From contig OX597831.1 in the NCBI GenBank assembly GCA_951406725.2, forward strand, positions 15,252,001-15,316,000: a DNA stretch of 64,000 nucleotides. Direction: 5' to 3'. A program made the position numbers and the translations under genes. Positions 40,587 through 54,900 of the stretch are shown here, one piece after another. Source of the stretch: Octopus vulgaris (taxonomy: Eukaryota). Each line of letters opens with the position of its first letter. The first letter of the stretch is position 1. Under the pieces are notes generated by a model. The model made no database searches, was not told where the DNA came from, and saw only the letters and a list, made by a program, of their open reading frames with translations.

Positions 40587-40859
40587 CTCTATCCCTCTAT
40601 CTAACTCTCTATCACTCTATCTATCTCTATATCTATCTATCTCTATTTTTATCTACACATCTATCTATCGATCTATCTCTATATATCTATCTATCTCTCT
40701 ATCTATCTCTGTCTCTCTCTCTATCAATGTTTGTTTCTAAATACTTATGTACGTACCCATATATCTATGTATTTTAGGTTGTTTAACGTAGTAGTAGTAG
40801 TTTGGCATAAATACAGTTGTGGTTCTTCTAAGGCTAAAATGGATTTTGACTGAGCAGTT

Positions 40860-41245
40860 GTTCTATTACAGTTGAATGACCCTCATGTGGATTTGGTTTC
40901 GGTCATTATCTGCCCAGGTCATGGTTAACGTTATAGCACCACTTGGAGATGTTTGCAAGTCAGGTTTCGCGACACCATGGGCCTCTAGAGTACAGAGATG
41001 TTGGCTGAGACGTGTCCAACTGTTGCTCGATTGTCTGCTACTTCGAGGAATTTGTCCAGGCATTGTTTGAATATTGTGGGGTCTGTTTTTACTTCAGTTT
41101 CTTTCGTTGGACAAAGCACAACAAAGCACGACAAACCTTTTCACAAAGCACGATCATCTGAACTGAAAATGTTATGTCGCAATATTCTGATGTGATGTGA
41201 ACTCGACATTTCTGGAGGACATTTGGCACGGGGGCCTAACTTTAG
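40860..41245 (-). mobile_element. CR1/L2-like LINE 3' remnant
   Basis: RILRHNIFSS..TDPTIFKQCLDKFLEV matches the FKxxLDKFL ORF2 C-terminal motif. Confidence 0.5.
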
Positions 41246-41421
41246 TTGACTCGTAACTTCGAATCTGTTAGCCTAATATTTTCTTCCTTCCTTCCTTTCT
41301 TTCTTCCTTCCTTCCATTTTCCTTCCTCCCTTCTTCCCTTCCTCTCTTTCTTTCTTTCTTTCTTTCTTCCTTCCATTTTTGTTACGTGTATGTATAAATT
41401 CACACATATATATGCAAATAC

Positions 41422-41475
<54 letters not shown>

Positions 41476-41480
<5 letters not shown>

Positions 41481-41574
41481 TAGACGTCAAATCGCCTTAC
41501 CACAAAGAGTGTGTTCTCACGCTGGGTTTTTTCTTGAGACTATTTTGTGGTAAGGCGATTTGATGTCAATCTCT
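41476..41574. repeat. Inverted repeat, ~31-35-bp arms
   Basis: agagatagacgtcaaatcgccttaccacaaa vs tttgtggtaaggcgatttgatgtcaatctct. Confidence 0.9.
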
Positions 41575-42205
41575 AGCGTATAGGAAACCACTTTCGTGGT
41601 CATTCGTCTTATTAATTGTAACATAATTTTTAAATCTTCGGATTTTTTTTTTAATATGCTAGACCACTGGTTTAAATTGATGTTAATTAATTGATATCAA
41701 TTATTTAATTTATATATATTGTTGTATCTGTGGAGAGTCTTTCTCTTTTAATGCCTTATTAATTAATACACTCACCGATTCGATTTCCACTCATTTATTT
41801 TTTCATTTTTAAGACTTCCGTTGCTTCTTGCAAACCATTCAATGGTCGTAGACTCTGTCCGTTATAGGAGCTATATTCATTTTGCTTCTTTGTGCGCATT
41901 TGTGTTTGAAACAGTGAATGTATATACACTTATGCATGTATGTGTATATGTATGTGTGTACGTGTATGTGTATGCATATGCATATGTATGCGTTTGTATG
42001 CGTTTGTATCTATGTGTTCTTCATATTCATGTGTTTCTGTGTTCATGTTTGTGCGCGCGTGTGTGTATTTCTGCGTGTACCTCTGTTCCTATATAATTAA
42101 TTATTTCACATTGTCATATTCATTGATGGGCGCCGTTGTTGCCATGATAAGAATTTTTGTTAGCAGATATCTATCGTTCTTCCAAAGGCGTCTTTAAAGC
42201 ATTCG

Positions 42206-42254
<49 letters not shown>

Positions 42255-42569
42255 GGGTGTTATAATGACATAGAAAGAAAAACTAGAAAACAAGGAAAAT
42301 ACACGCATACACACACACACACACACTCACGCATCGTAGGCTGATCAGAACTGATAATACGTATAGAAACATAAACACATGTTAAAAGGATATTAATTCA
42401 CATAAAAAAGAATAAAAAATAAATTAGTATCGACAATTGAATATGATACGGACAGGAATCAATATTGAGTCATAAATTACAATAGACCGATGCTGGATAT
42501 CCGCTTCAGCATCACGTATGAAATAGTTATTAGATTGTACAAGACTTATAATTGTGTTATTTCATTAAC

Positions 42570-42611
<42 letters not shown>

Positions 42612-42648
42612 GATCATAAGTAGTCTGAGTTAATATGAATGTATGTAC

Positions 42649-42722
<74 letters not shown>

Positions 42723-42887
42723 ATATCTATATCTTCACTTTCCGCATCTATCTCTGTCTGTCTCTGTCTCTTTCTGTCTTTCTCCGTGTGTGTGTCACTA
42801 TTCCTCTCTCTATATAAATATATCTAAGTATGTATCTATATAAACATACTGAGAACGTAGAGAAAGGGAGTGAGAGATGTAGGAAAC

Positions 42888-42929
<42 letters not shown>

Positions 42930-43194
42930 GTAGAAATAAAGAGAATTATATAATTATATTCAAGGATACAAAAATGTAGATACATATGAATATCGATACG
43001 TACATAATTTCACACAGAGTTTAGAAATAAAAAGGATGTTTTTCATTAAAAAATTTGCCAGAAGTTGAAAAATGCCATTTCCATTGAAATAATGTAATTA
43101 AGTTTAATAAGCTGTAAAAAAATGGACATTTCAAAATGAAATCATTTGTAATATGGTTTGAAATATGAAATATATAATATTTTAAATCGAATTA

Positions 43195-43225
<31 letters not shown>

Positions 43226-43374
43226 CAAACATACATACATACATACATACATACATACGTAATTATGTGTATTTATATACATACATATATATCCATATGT
43301 ATGTCCGTGTCTATGTGGATATGTATGTGTATATAATTATATATATACACATACATACATGCATACATACATAC

Positions 43375-43463
<89 letters not shown>

Positions 43464-43524
43464 TATACACACATATATATATATATATATATATACATAC
43501 AGAATATATAGTCATGGCTATGAT

Positions 43525-43568
<44 letters not shown>

Positions 43569-43774
43569 CATACATACAGAATATATAGTCATGGCTATGA
43601 TGGTACAACTATAGCTTTGCAAATCCTTTTCTGTGCACGTGTTTTCTTACGTAGCCACATTGCATTGACAGTGAATTTTCTTGAGGGAAATTGTTCGGAA
43701 GTTAACTGTATATCTGTATGCATCATCACCATCAACATGAGCATCCTGCTCAACGTCGCAGTGTTTCCCTGTAT

Positions 43775-43915
43775 TGGCGTTTTGAGTTCCAATGTGTCCC
43801 AGGTCATTCAGTTTTCCTTGGCATTTTAACGTTTTGGAGTCATTGAAATATTCATCGATGTAAATGACTCGTCCCTTCCCCCAGACTTTAGGCCTTGTGC
43901 CTCTTGTAGGAAGGA
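43775..43915 (-). mobile_element. SINE family A-related 3' fragment
   Basis: Contains the SINE tail motif ccccagactttaggccttgtgcctcttgtagg, similar to the tail near 20750-20780. That motif reads on the plus strand, so the strand call is uncertain. Confidence 0.3.
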
Positions 43916-44394
43916 ATATTATTATTTTTATTATTATTATTAGTAGTAGTAGTAGTAGTAGTAGCAATAGCAGTATTGTTGTTATTATTATTATTCTGTA
44001 GTTATATTTTTAATAGCGTGCCATAGTTTTGCAGTGTAGAATATGTGTTGTATATCGATGTAGTCGTCATTTGTCCCCCGTTCATTTTTGATATTGTTTC
44101 CGCTCGGGCAATGAAAATAGGAGAGGGGTCTGTCTCTTCAGAGTTCTTGGCAGGGTACAGTCTCTGGTTCTATCGTACTTGAGAGCCTCAGGCTTATAGA
44201 TAAGAAAATTCCTCACTTTATTTGTATCCGATGTTTTATTACCTAACATCTGTTTTTTTTTTCTATTTATTTAAAATGAGACACGTTGCATTTTATATTT
44301 ATTGCCTTAAATATATGCCTCGTTTAATTTATTTAAACATAGGGTTTTCTTCGTAGTCTTGTTTATGTACAAATGTACGGGTGCATGAGTTAAT

Positions 44395-45555
44395 CATATA
44401 TGAACATTACATTTATATGTGTCTGTAGACATTTGACTGCATATGCGATTATTATTTGTAATCAGCTCTTTTCTGTAGCGACATCGCATTCTCCCGTATT
44501 GCTCCCATTCTTGTATTGGCAAATCGCATCCCCACGGGTTGTTTATATTTTCACACACGTACCTTTCTTGGACAAAATGCTTGACAGCATCTATGTTTTT
44601 TTTCTTTTCTTGTGTCATGGCATCTTCATGCCGTTGACGAATCATGGCTTGTTCCTCCTCCATTTATTTCTGTCTCTTGCAACATCACCCAGGTCTTTCT
44701 CGCTCTGCACCTTCTATTCTCTCCTTCATCCATTCGAACATCATTCACTCTCTGCCTTCCTCTCGCTCTCCTTCCCACCAACTCAGTTTCCACCATGTAA
44801 TGCTCCATTCCGTCAGCCTCTCTGAGAAAATGACCGTCAAAAATCTCCACTGTTTCCCTCAGATAATATCCATCATCTGTCTCTTCACTTTCATCTTCTT
44901 CAGCGCTTCCACATTCGTCTCCCTCTGTACCCACGAGATTTTAAGCAATTTTTCTATAAAACCACATTTCTGCAGCGTTGTGTCTCTTCTCAATGACTTT
45001 GCTTATTGTCCAAGACTCACATCCAAACGTTAGCACCGCCCAGATGTAGAAATTCAATAGTCTTTTCTTGACCTCCATTCCAATTCTCTTTGCACAAAGA
45101 ATGCGTCCTTAATATCCAGAAAAAGTCTTCTTTGCTAATCCAATTCTGCACTTGATGTCCTTATCTGACCATTCCCAGATTTATGAAACTGTCCTTCTAC
45201 TCTATCCCAGTTCCATTCACCCTCAAGCGACATCCGAGTACCTGTGCTTTCTTAGCACAGACTTCCAGAAGGTTTTTCTAGCAGTTAATCGTCAGTCCAA
45301 GCTTTCCACTCTCCTCGGTCACAATATTAATCCATCCCTGAAGCCTCTCTTCTGTGACCGCAAAGAAAGCCGTATCGTCTGCGAATCTCAGAACGCTATA
45401 ATTCCCCTACCCCAGTTGTCGCCCAGCACTTGTCTTCATCTTGCTTAGAGCTTTCTCACTATACACGTTGAATATATCAGGTGACAAGATACAACCCTAC
45501 CGGGACTGTTTCTGAGTGTCACTCCAGTCGCCCGATTCTCCATGCACTTCGGGAT
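44395..45555 (-). mobile_element. RTE-clade LINE, 5'-truncated, decayed RT and C-terminus
   Basis: R*GCILSPDIFNVYSEKAL (~45450-45503) and VLRFADDTAF (~45366-45395), followed by YGAESW/FEMW-like decayed C-terminal blocks. Confidence 0.82.
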
Positions 45556-45720
45556 CCTGAAATGATTTACATTAAGAAAGAATTTCCGTTCATATTTTTG
45601 CTGCTTCTTAAATCCGGCATGCCGATGGTCACAGAGTGAAGCTAACTTCGCGCAGATATAGCTCTGTCACGTCTGTCATGTTTATTATTCACTACGGACC
45701 TTGTTATTTGCTGCGGAGTT

Positions 45721-45837
45721 CTTGATGTTGTTGTTGTTCTTTTTCTTCTTCTTTTTGTTTTTGTTGTTGTTGTTGTTGCTCTCCTTTTCTTCGTCTTTTT
45801 GTTGTTGTATTTGTTGTTCTCCTTCTTCTTCTTGTTT

Positions 45838-45872
<35 letters not shown>

Positions 45873-45896
45873 CTTCATCTTCTTGCTTTTGTTGTT

Positions 45897-45932
<36 letters not shown>

Positions 45933-48900
45933 CTCCTTCTTCTGCTTGTTTTTGTTGTTGTTTTTATTGTTGTGGTTCTCCTTTTTTCATTTTGTTTTTG
46001 TTGTTGTTTTTGTTGTTGTTATCCTTCTTCTTGTTGTTTTTTGTTGTTGTTGTTTTTGTAATCCTTCTTCTTGTTTTTGTTTTTGTTGTTGTTTTCCTTC
46101 TTTTTCTTCGTTTTGTTTTTGTTGTTGTTTTTGTTGTTGTTGTTATCCTTCTTCTTCTTTTGTTTTTGTTGTTGTTGTTGTTCTCCTTCTTAATATTCTT
46201 CTTTTTGTTGTTGTTTTTGTTGTTGTTGTCCTCCTTCTTGCTTTTGTTGTTGTTGTTGTTCTCCTTCTTCTTCTTGTTTTTGTTGTTGTTTTTGTTGTTG
46301 TTCTCCTTCTTATTCTTGTTTTTGTTGTTGTTTCTTTCTTGTTATTATTGTTTTTGTTGTTGTTGTTCTACTTCTTGTTTTTGTTGTTGTTGTTCTTCTT
46401 GTTTGTGTTGTTGTTGTTTTTGTTGTTGTTCTCCTTCTTCTTCTTGTTTTTGTTGTTGTTGTTGTTATTATTCTCCTTCTTCTTCTTGTTTTTGTTGTTG
46501 TTCTCCTTCTCCTTCTACTTTTTCTTGTTTTTGTTGTTGTTGTTGTTGTTGTTCTCCTTCTTCTTCTTCTCGTTTTTGTTTTTGTTGTTGTTCTACTTCT
46601 TATTATTCATGTTTTTGTTGTTGCTGTTCTCCTTCTTATTATTATTGTTTTTGTTGTTGTTGTTCTACTTCTTGTTTTTGTTGTTGTTGTTCTTCTTGTT
46701 TGTGTTGTTGTTGTTGTTGTTGTTCTCCTTCTTCTTCTTGTTTTTGTTGTTGTTGTTGTTATTATTCTCCTTCTTCTTCTTGTTTTTGTTGTTGTTCTCC
46801 TTCTCCTTCTACTTTTTCTTGTTTTTGTTGTTGTTGTTGTTGTTCTTCTTCTTCTTCTTCTCGTTTTTGTTTTTGTTGTTGTTCTACTTCTACTTCTTTT
46901 TGTTGTTGTTTATCTCCTTGTTCTTCTTGTTTTTGTTGTTGTTGTTGTTGTTCTCCTTCTCCTTCTTCTTGTTTTTGTTGTTGTTGTTGTTGTTGTTCTC
47001 CTTCTTCTTGTTTTGTTGTTGTTGTTGTATTTCTCCTTTTCATCTTCTTGTTCTTGTTATTGTTGTTGTTGTTTCCCTTCTTCGTCATGTTTTTATTGTT
47101 GTTGTTGTTCTCCTTCTTCTTCTTGTTTTTGTTGTTGTTGTTGTTCTTCTTCTTGTTTTTGTTGTTGATGTTGTTCTCCTTCTTCTCCTTGTTTTTGTTG
47201 TTGTTCTCGTTCTTCTTCTTCTTGTTTTTGTTGTTGTTGTTGTTCTCCTTCTTCTTCTTGTTTTTGTTGTTGTTGTTGTTCTCCGCCTTCTTCGTGTTTT
47301 TGTTGTTGTTGTTGTTCTCCTTCTTCTTCTTCTCGTTTTTGTTTTTGTTGTTGTTCTACTTCTTATTATTCTTGTTTTTGTTGTTGCTGTTCTCCTTCTT
47401 ATTATTATTGTTTTTGCTGTTGTTTTTGTTGTTGTTGTTCTACTTCTTGTTTTTGTTGTTGTTGTTCTTCTTGTTGTTTTTGTTGTTGTTGTTCTTCTTC
47501 TTGTTTTTGTTGTTGTTGTTGTTATTATTGTCCTTCTTCTTCTTGTTTTTGTTGTTGTTCTCCTTCTCCTTCTACTTTTTCTTGTTTTTGTTGTTGTTGT
47601 TGTTGTTGTTCTCCTTCTTCTTCTTCTCGTTTTTGTTTTTGTTGTTGTTCTACTTCTACTTCTTTTTGTTGTTGTTTATCTCCTTCCTTCTTCTTGTTTT
47701 TGTTGTTGTTGTTGTTGTTCTCCTTCTCCTTCTTCTTGTTTTTGTTGTTGTTGTTGTTGTTGTTCTCCTTCTTCTTGTTTTTGTTGTTGTTGTTGTATTT
47801 CTCCTTTTCATCTTCTTGTTCTTGTTATTGTTGTTGTTGTTTCTCCTTCTTCGTCATGTTTTTATTGTTGTTGTTGTTCTCCTTCTTCTTCTTGTTTTTG
47901 TTGTTGATGTTGTTCTCCTTCTTCTCCTTGTTTTTGTTGTTGTTCTCGTTCTTCTTCTTCTTGTTTTTGTTGTTGTTGTTGTTCTCCTTCTCCTTCTTGT
48001 TTTTGTTTATGTTGTTGTTGTTGTTGTTCTCCTTCTTCTTCTTGTTTTTGTTGTTGTTGTTGTTCTCCGCCTTCTTCTTGTTTTTGTTGTTGTTGTTGTT
48101 CTCCTTCTTCTTCTCGTTGTTTTTGTTGTTGTTGTTGTTCTCCTTCCTCCTCTTCTTTTCCTTGTTGTCTTTGTTGTTGTTCTTCTTCTTGTTTTTGTTG
48201 TTTTTGTTGTTGTTCTCCTTCATATTATTCTTGTTTTTGTTTTTGTTGTTGTTTTTATTGCTGTTGTTCTCCTTCATCTTCTTGTTTCTGTCGTTGTTTT
48301 TGTTGTTGCTGTTATCCTTATTCTTGTTCTTGTTTTTGTTGTTGTTGTTGTTCTTCTTCTTCCTTCTTATTATTCTTGTTTTTGTTGTTGTTCTCATTCT
48401 TCTTATTTTTGTTGTTGTTGTTGTTCTCCTTCTTATTATTCTTTTTTTGTTGTTGTTGTTGTTGTGATTCTCTTTCTTCTTCATGTTTTTGTTGTTGATT
48501 TTGTTGTTGTTGTTCTCCTTCTTCTTCTTCTTCTTCTTCTTCTACTAATCATTCTTGTTTTTGTTGTTGTTGTTGTTCTCCTTCTTCTTCTTCTTAGTTA
48601 GTTAGTTAGTTAGTTAATTTGGCTCAAAAGCAAATAGGAAGACCATGTAGGGGGACATGGAGTTAAGTACAGGGTGGTGTTCATGTAAAGAGTTCAGGCC
48701 ACTTGAGGTCAAGGGAGGCTTTGAACAAAGCGGTCGTCGGCATCTTCACCATCTCGTCTGGCAGCTTGTTCCACGGATCCGCAACCCGGACGGAGAAAGC
48801 TCCTCTCCTTCGATTTAGATGAAATCGTCGCAGGTAGAGCTTTTCGGAATGACCCCGCAGCCGACGCAGCAGGAGTGAAGAACAGCTCTTTCGAGAGGTT

Positions 48901-51900
48901 ACACTTCCCGCTTATGATGTTGTGGGCGATAATGAGACCACCACGGCAGCGGCGTTTTTCAAGAGAATAAAGGTCGAGCGTCCTCAGCCTTTCTTCGTAG
49001 GACACATTTTTGAGACCATGAACCATGCGGGTAGCCAGCCTCTGGACTCTTTCGAGATGCTGTATGTCTTTGAGGAGATAAGGAGAAGAGGCTTGAATAC
49101 CATACTCCAATATGGGTCTCACCAGCGTGACATAGAGTGGTAGGATTATGGCTGCTGTGAGCATTCCGAATGACCGTCGAATCAAAAACAGAATTCCGCG
49201 CGCTTTGTTGGCAGCATGGACGCACTGGGCCGAAGGCGAAAAGGAGGAATCCACCAAGATACCTAGGTCCTTTACCTGATTGGTCCTCTCCAGCAGCAGA
49301 CGACCCGGCTCGAAATCAAGTTGAGTTGCAGGAGTAGAGCCGACAGGCAGATGACAGCACTTTGACACGTTCAGACACAGGTCCCAATCGTTATACCACT
49401 TCCAAATTTGGTGGAGGCATCGACGAAGATCCTCTATACTACCGCGAGGAGCGACCAGTTTGATATCGTCGGCAAATAGAAGGGTGTGCTGCGTGAGGTC
49501 GTCGGGCAAGTCATTTATGAAGACTAAGAACAACAAGGGCCCAAGCACTGAAACTTGAGGCACGCCACTGCTTGCATTGGAGAAGTCGGACCGCGAACCA
49601 TTAACTTGAACTTGGAAGGAGCGATCTGAGAGGAAGGCACCAACCCATCGTACAATATCCGGATGGAAACTATATGCTTGAAGCTTGACAAGTAGTAGGC
49701 AGTGGTTTACCGAGTCAAAAGCTTTGGCAAAGTCCAATAAAACGATGTCAACAGCATCACTATCATCGAGGATGCGCGTCACCAATTCTTCCATTACTAG
49801 TAAGTTGGTCAAGCATGATCTCTTCGGCACGAAGCCGTGTTGGGAATCCGTGATCGAGGCTGTGTTTAGGAGGTGGAGCATCATACTTTTCAAGGATGGT
49901 TTCGAACATCTTGCTGATTATTGATGTAAGGGAAACCGGTCGGTAGTTAAGCGGGTCTTCGCGGCTTCCTTTCTTGAAAATTGGGCAGATTATTGCTGTT
50001 CTCCAGTCTGCAGGTATAACACCCGTCGCCAATGACATATTGAATAGTCGTGTTAAGGGCTCGCAGATGACCGGAGCCAACGCTTTGATAACCCGTGGGT
50101 GTATGCCGTCAGGGCCGTGGCCCTTGTTGACATCGAGGCCTTGAATAACACGTTTGACTTCGTCCCGCGTGATGACCAATCGAAGCATTGGAGGTACCGA
50201 TCTATCAAATGGAGGAGGTTCACGACCCTCGTCTTGTTTGAAAATAGTTGAAAAAGCCTCGGCAAATAATTGACTCTGTTGATAAGGGTCCTCAATCGAT
50301 ACGCCTGTTGAGTCTACCAACGTTGCAATCTGGTTGTTCAAGCGGGAATTCCGCTGGACATGGGCAAAGAAGGTTTTCGGATTGCTACTGGCATTTGCCG
50401 CGATTTTGTATTCATAACTGAAGCGTTCTTTCTTTTCAATTTTCACGGCTCGGTCTCGTTGAGTTTTGTACACCTCAAAAGCTGCAGTCGAAAACAGATT
50501 TTTGAATTCAGCCCAAGCAATATCCCTTGTTTCTGTTGTTGTTTTTGTTGTTGTTGTTGTTGTTCTCCTTCTTTTTATATCTGTTGTTGTTTTTGTTGTT
50601 GTTGTTATCCTTCTTATTCTTCTTGTTTTTTGTTGTTGTTCTTATCCGTCTTATTCTTCTTGTTTTTCTTGTTGTTGTTGTTCTCCTTCTTCTTCTTGTT
50701 TTTGTTGTTGTTGTTCTCCTTCTTCTTCTTATTTTTGTTGTTGTGTTTGTTGTTGTGGTTCACCTTCTTCTGGTTTTCGTTTTTGTTGTTTTGTTCTCCT
50801 TCTTCTCGTTTTTGTTGTCGTTTTTGTTGTTGTTCTCCTTCTTATTATTCTTGCTTTTGTTGCTGTTCTCATTCTTCTTGTTTTTGTTGTTGTTCTCCTT
50901 CTTATTATTATTGCTTTTGTTGTTGTTCTTATTCTTTTTATTTGTGTCGTTGTTGTTGTTGTTCTCCTTCTTTTTGTTTTTGTTGTTGTTGTTCTCCTTA
51001 TTCTTGTTTTTGTTGTTGTTGTTCTCATTCTTCTTCTTGTTTTTGTTGTTGTTGTTGTTCTCCTTCTTGTTTTTGTTGTTGTTGTTCTCCTTCTTCTTTT
51101 TCTACCTCTTCTTGTTTTTGTTGTTGTTGTTGTTCTCCTTCTTCTTCTTGTTTTTGTTGTTGTGTTTCTCCTTCTTCTTGTTTTTGTTGTTTTTTGTTGT
51201 TGTTGTTCCTCTCCTTCTTCTTGTTTTCGTTTTTGTTGTGGTTTTTCTTGTTGTTGTTATCCTTCTTCTTCTTCTTGTTTCTGTTGTTGTTTTTGTTTTT
51301 GTTGTTATCCTTCTTGTTGTTTTTGTTGTTGTTGTTGTTCTCCTTCTTATTGATTTTGTTTTTGTTGTTGTTGTTCTCCTTATTCTTCTTGTTTTGGTTG
51401 TCGTTGTTGTTGTTCTCCTTCTTACTTTTGTTTTTTTTTGTTGTTGTTGTTCTCCTTATTCTTCTTATTGTTGTTGTTTTTGTCGTTGTTGTTCTCCTTC
51501 TTCTTCTTGTTTTGGTTGTCGTTGTTGTTGTTCTCCTTCTTACTTTTGTTTTTGTTGTTGTTGTTGTTGTTCTTTTCTTCTTCTTCTACTAATCATTCTT
51601 GTTTTTGTTGTTGTTGTTGTTCTCCCTCTTCTTCTCATTGTTTTTGTTATTGTTGATGTTCTCCTTTTTCTTGTTATTGTTGTTGTTGTTGTTCTCCTTC
51701 TTCTTCTTGTTTTTGTTTTTGTTGTTGTTGTTCTACTTCTTGTTTTTGTTGTTGTTTATCTCCTTGCTCTTCTTGTTTTTGTAGTTGTTGTTGTTGTTCT
51801 CTTTCTACTTCTTCTTGTTTATGTTGTTGTTGTTGTTGTTCTACTTCTTCTTGTTTTGTTGTTGTTTTTGTAGTTCTCCTTTTCATCTTCATGTCTTTGT

Positions 51901-54900
51901 TGTTGTTGTTGTTCTCCTTCTTCTTCATAATGTTTTTATTGTTGTTGTTGTTTTCCTCCTTCTTCTTGTTTTTGTTGTTGTTGTTCTTCTTCTTCTTGTT
52001 TTTGTTGTTGTTGTTCTTCTTCTTCTTGTTTTTGTTGTTGTTGTTGTTCTCCTTCTTCTTGTTTTTGTTTTTGTTATTGTTGTTCTCCTTCTTCTTCTTC
52101 TTGTTTTTGTTGTTTTTGTTGTTGTTCTCCTTCTTATTATTCTTGCTTTTGTTGTTGTTCTTATTCTTTTCATTTTTTGTCGTCGTTGTTGTTGTTCTCC
52201 TTTTTCTTGTTTTTGTTGTTGTTCTCCTTCTTCTTGCTTTTGTTGTTGTCGTTGTTCACTTTCTTCTTCTTCTTCTTCTTCTTCTTCTCCTTATTCCTGT
52301 TTTTGTTGTTGTTGTTCTCCTTCTGCTTGTTTTTGTTGTTGTTCTCCTTCTTCTTCTTGTATTTGTTGTTGTTGTTGTTCTCCTTCTTCTTCTCGTTATT
52401 GTTGTCGTGTTTGTCATTGTTCTCCTTTTTATTATTCTTGCGTTTTTTGTTTTCGTTTTGTTGTTGTTGTTCTCCTTCTTCTTCTTGTTTCTGTTGTCGT
52501 TTTTGTTGTTGTTGTTATCCTTCTTCTTCTTGTTTTTGTTGTTGTTGTTGTTGTTGTTCTCCTTCTTCTTCTTTTTATTTCTGTTGTTGTTTTTGTTGTT
52601 GTTGTTATCCTTCTTATTCTTATTTTTTTGTAGTTGTCGTTGTTGTTCTACTTCTTCTTGTTTTTGCTCTTGTAGTTGTTCTCCTTCTTCTTGTTTTTGT
52701 TGTTGTTTATGTTCTCCTTATTCTTCTGGTTTTTTGTTGTTGTTCTCCTTCTTGTTTTTTGTTTTTGTTGCTGTTGTTATCCTCCTCCTTCTTCTTGTTT
52801 ATTTTGTTGATTTTGTTGTTGTTCTCCTTCTTCTTCTTTTTGTTTTTCTTGTTGTTGTTCTCCTTCTTTTACTTGTTTTTATTATTGTTGCTGTTCTCCT
52901 ACTTCTTTTTTTTCTTGTTGTTGTTGTTCTACTTCTTCTTCTTGTTTTTGTTTTTGTTGTTCTCCTTCTTCTTGTTTTTGTTGTTGTTTTTGTTTTTGTT
53001 CTTATTTTTCTCATTTTTGTTGTTGTTTTTGTTTTTGTTTTCTCCTTCTTCTTGCTTTTGTTGTTGTTGTTTTTCCTCTTCTTCTTGTTTTTGTTGTAGT
53101 TGTTTTTCTCCTTCTTCTTGTTTTTGTGGTTTTTTTGTTGTTCTCCTACTTCTTCTTTTTCTCCTTCTTCCTTTTCTTGTTTTTGTTTTTGTTTTTGTTG
53201 TTGTTGTTCTCCTTCTTACTATTCTTGTTTTTGTCGTTGTTGTTGTTGTCCTTATCCTTTTTATTTTTGTCGTTGTTGTTGTTGTTCTCCTTCTTCTTGT
53301 TTTTGTTGTTGTTGTTGTTCTCCTTCTTCTTGCTTTTGTTGTTGTTCTTGTTCTGCTTCTTCTTCTTCTTCTTGATTTTGATGTTGTTATTCTCCTTCTT
53401 CTTGTTTTTGTTGTTGTTGTTCTCCTTCTTCTTGCTTTTGTTGTTGTTCTTGTTCTTGTTCTTCTTCTTCTTCTTCTTGTTTTTGTTGTTGCTGTTCTCC
53501 TTCTTCTTCGTGTTTTTGTTGTTGTTGTTCTCATTCTTCTTGTATTTGTTGTTGTTGTTGTTCTCCTTCTTCTTTTTCTTGTTTTTGTTGTTGTTGTTTT
53601 TGTTGTTGTTCTCCTTCTCCTTCTTCTTGTTTTTGTTGTTATCCTTTTTCTCCTACTTCTTGTTTTTGTTGTTATTTTTTTTTGTTGTTGTTCTCCTTCT
53701 TCTTCTTGTTTCTGTTGTTGTTTTTGTTGTTGTTGTTATCCTTCTTCTTCTTGCTTTTGTTGTTGCTGTTGTTCTCTTTCTTCCTTTTCTTGTTTTTGTT
53801 TTTGTTTTTGCTGTTGTTGTTCTCCTTCTTACAATTCTTGATTGTGTCGTTGTTGTTGTTGTCCTTCTTATTATTCTTGCTTTTGTTGTTGTTGTTATGA
53901 TTCTCCTTCTTCCTATTGATCTTTTTGTTGTTTATGTTGTTGTTGTCCTCCTTCTTCTTTTTGTTGTTGTTGTTGATCTTCTTCTTCTTATTTTGGTTGT
54001 TGTTGTTGTTGTTCTCCTTCTTCTTGTTTTTGTTGTTGTTGTTGTTGTTCTCCTTCTCCTTCTTGTTTTTGCCGTTGTTGTTCTCCTTCTTCTTCTTCTT
54101 CTTCTTCTACTACTTCTCCTTGTTTTTCTCTTTGTTGTTGTTGTTGTTGTTCTCCTTCTTCTTGTTGTTTTGTTGTTGTTGTTCTCCTTCTTCTTGTTTT
54201 TGCTGTTGTTTTCATATTTGTTGTTGTTGTTCTTCTTCTTCTTGTTTCTGTTGTTTTTTTGTTGTTGTTGTTATCCTTCTTCTTCTTCTTGTTTTTGTTG
54301 TTTTTCTTGTTGTTGTTTTCCTTCTTCTTGTTTTTGTTGTTGTTATCATTGTTTTTTTTTCTTCTTCTTCTTGTTTTTGGTGTTTTTGTTCTCCTTCTTT
54401 TTTGTTGTTGTTGTTGTTCTTCTTCTTCTTGTTTCTGTTGTTTTTTTGTTGTTGTTGTTATCCTTCTTCTTCTTCTTGTTTTTGTTGTTGTTGTTTTTGT
54501 TGTTCTCTTTCTTCTTCTTGTTTTTATTGTTGTTTTTTGTTCTCCTTCTTCTTGTTTTTGTTGTTGTTGTTGTTGTTCTCCTTCTTCTTTTTGTTTTTGT
54601 TGTTGTTGTTCTGCTTCTTCTTCTTCTTCTTGTTATTGTTGTTGTTGTTCTGCTTCTTCTTCTTCTTCTAGTTATTGTTGTTGTTGTTGTTCTCCTACTT
54701 CTTGTTTTTGTTGTTGTTGTTGTTGTTCTCCTTCTTCTTCTTTTTGTTTTTGTTGTTGTTGTTCTGCTTCTTCTTCTTCTTCTTGTTATTGTTGTTGTTG
54801 TTGTTCTCCTACTTCTTGTTTTTGTTGTTGTTGTTGTTTTCCTTCTTCTTCTTGTTTTTGTTGTAGTTGTTGTTGTTCTCCTCTTCTTGTTATTGTTGTT

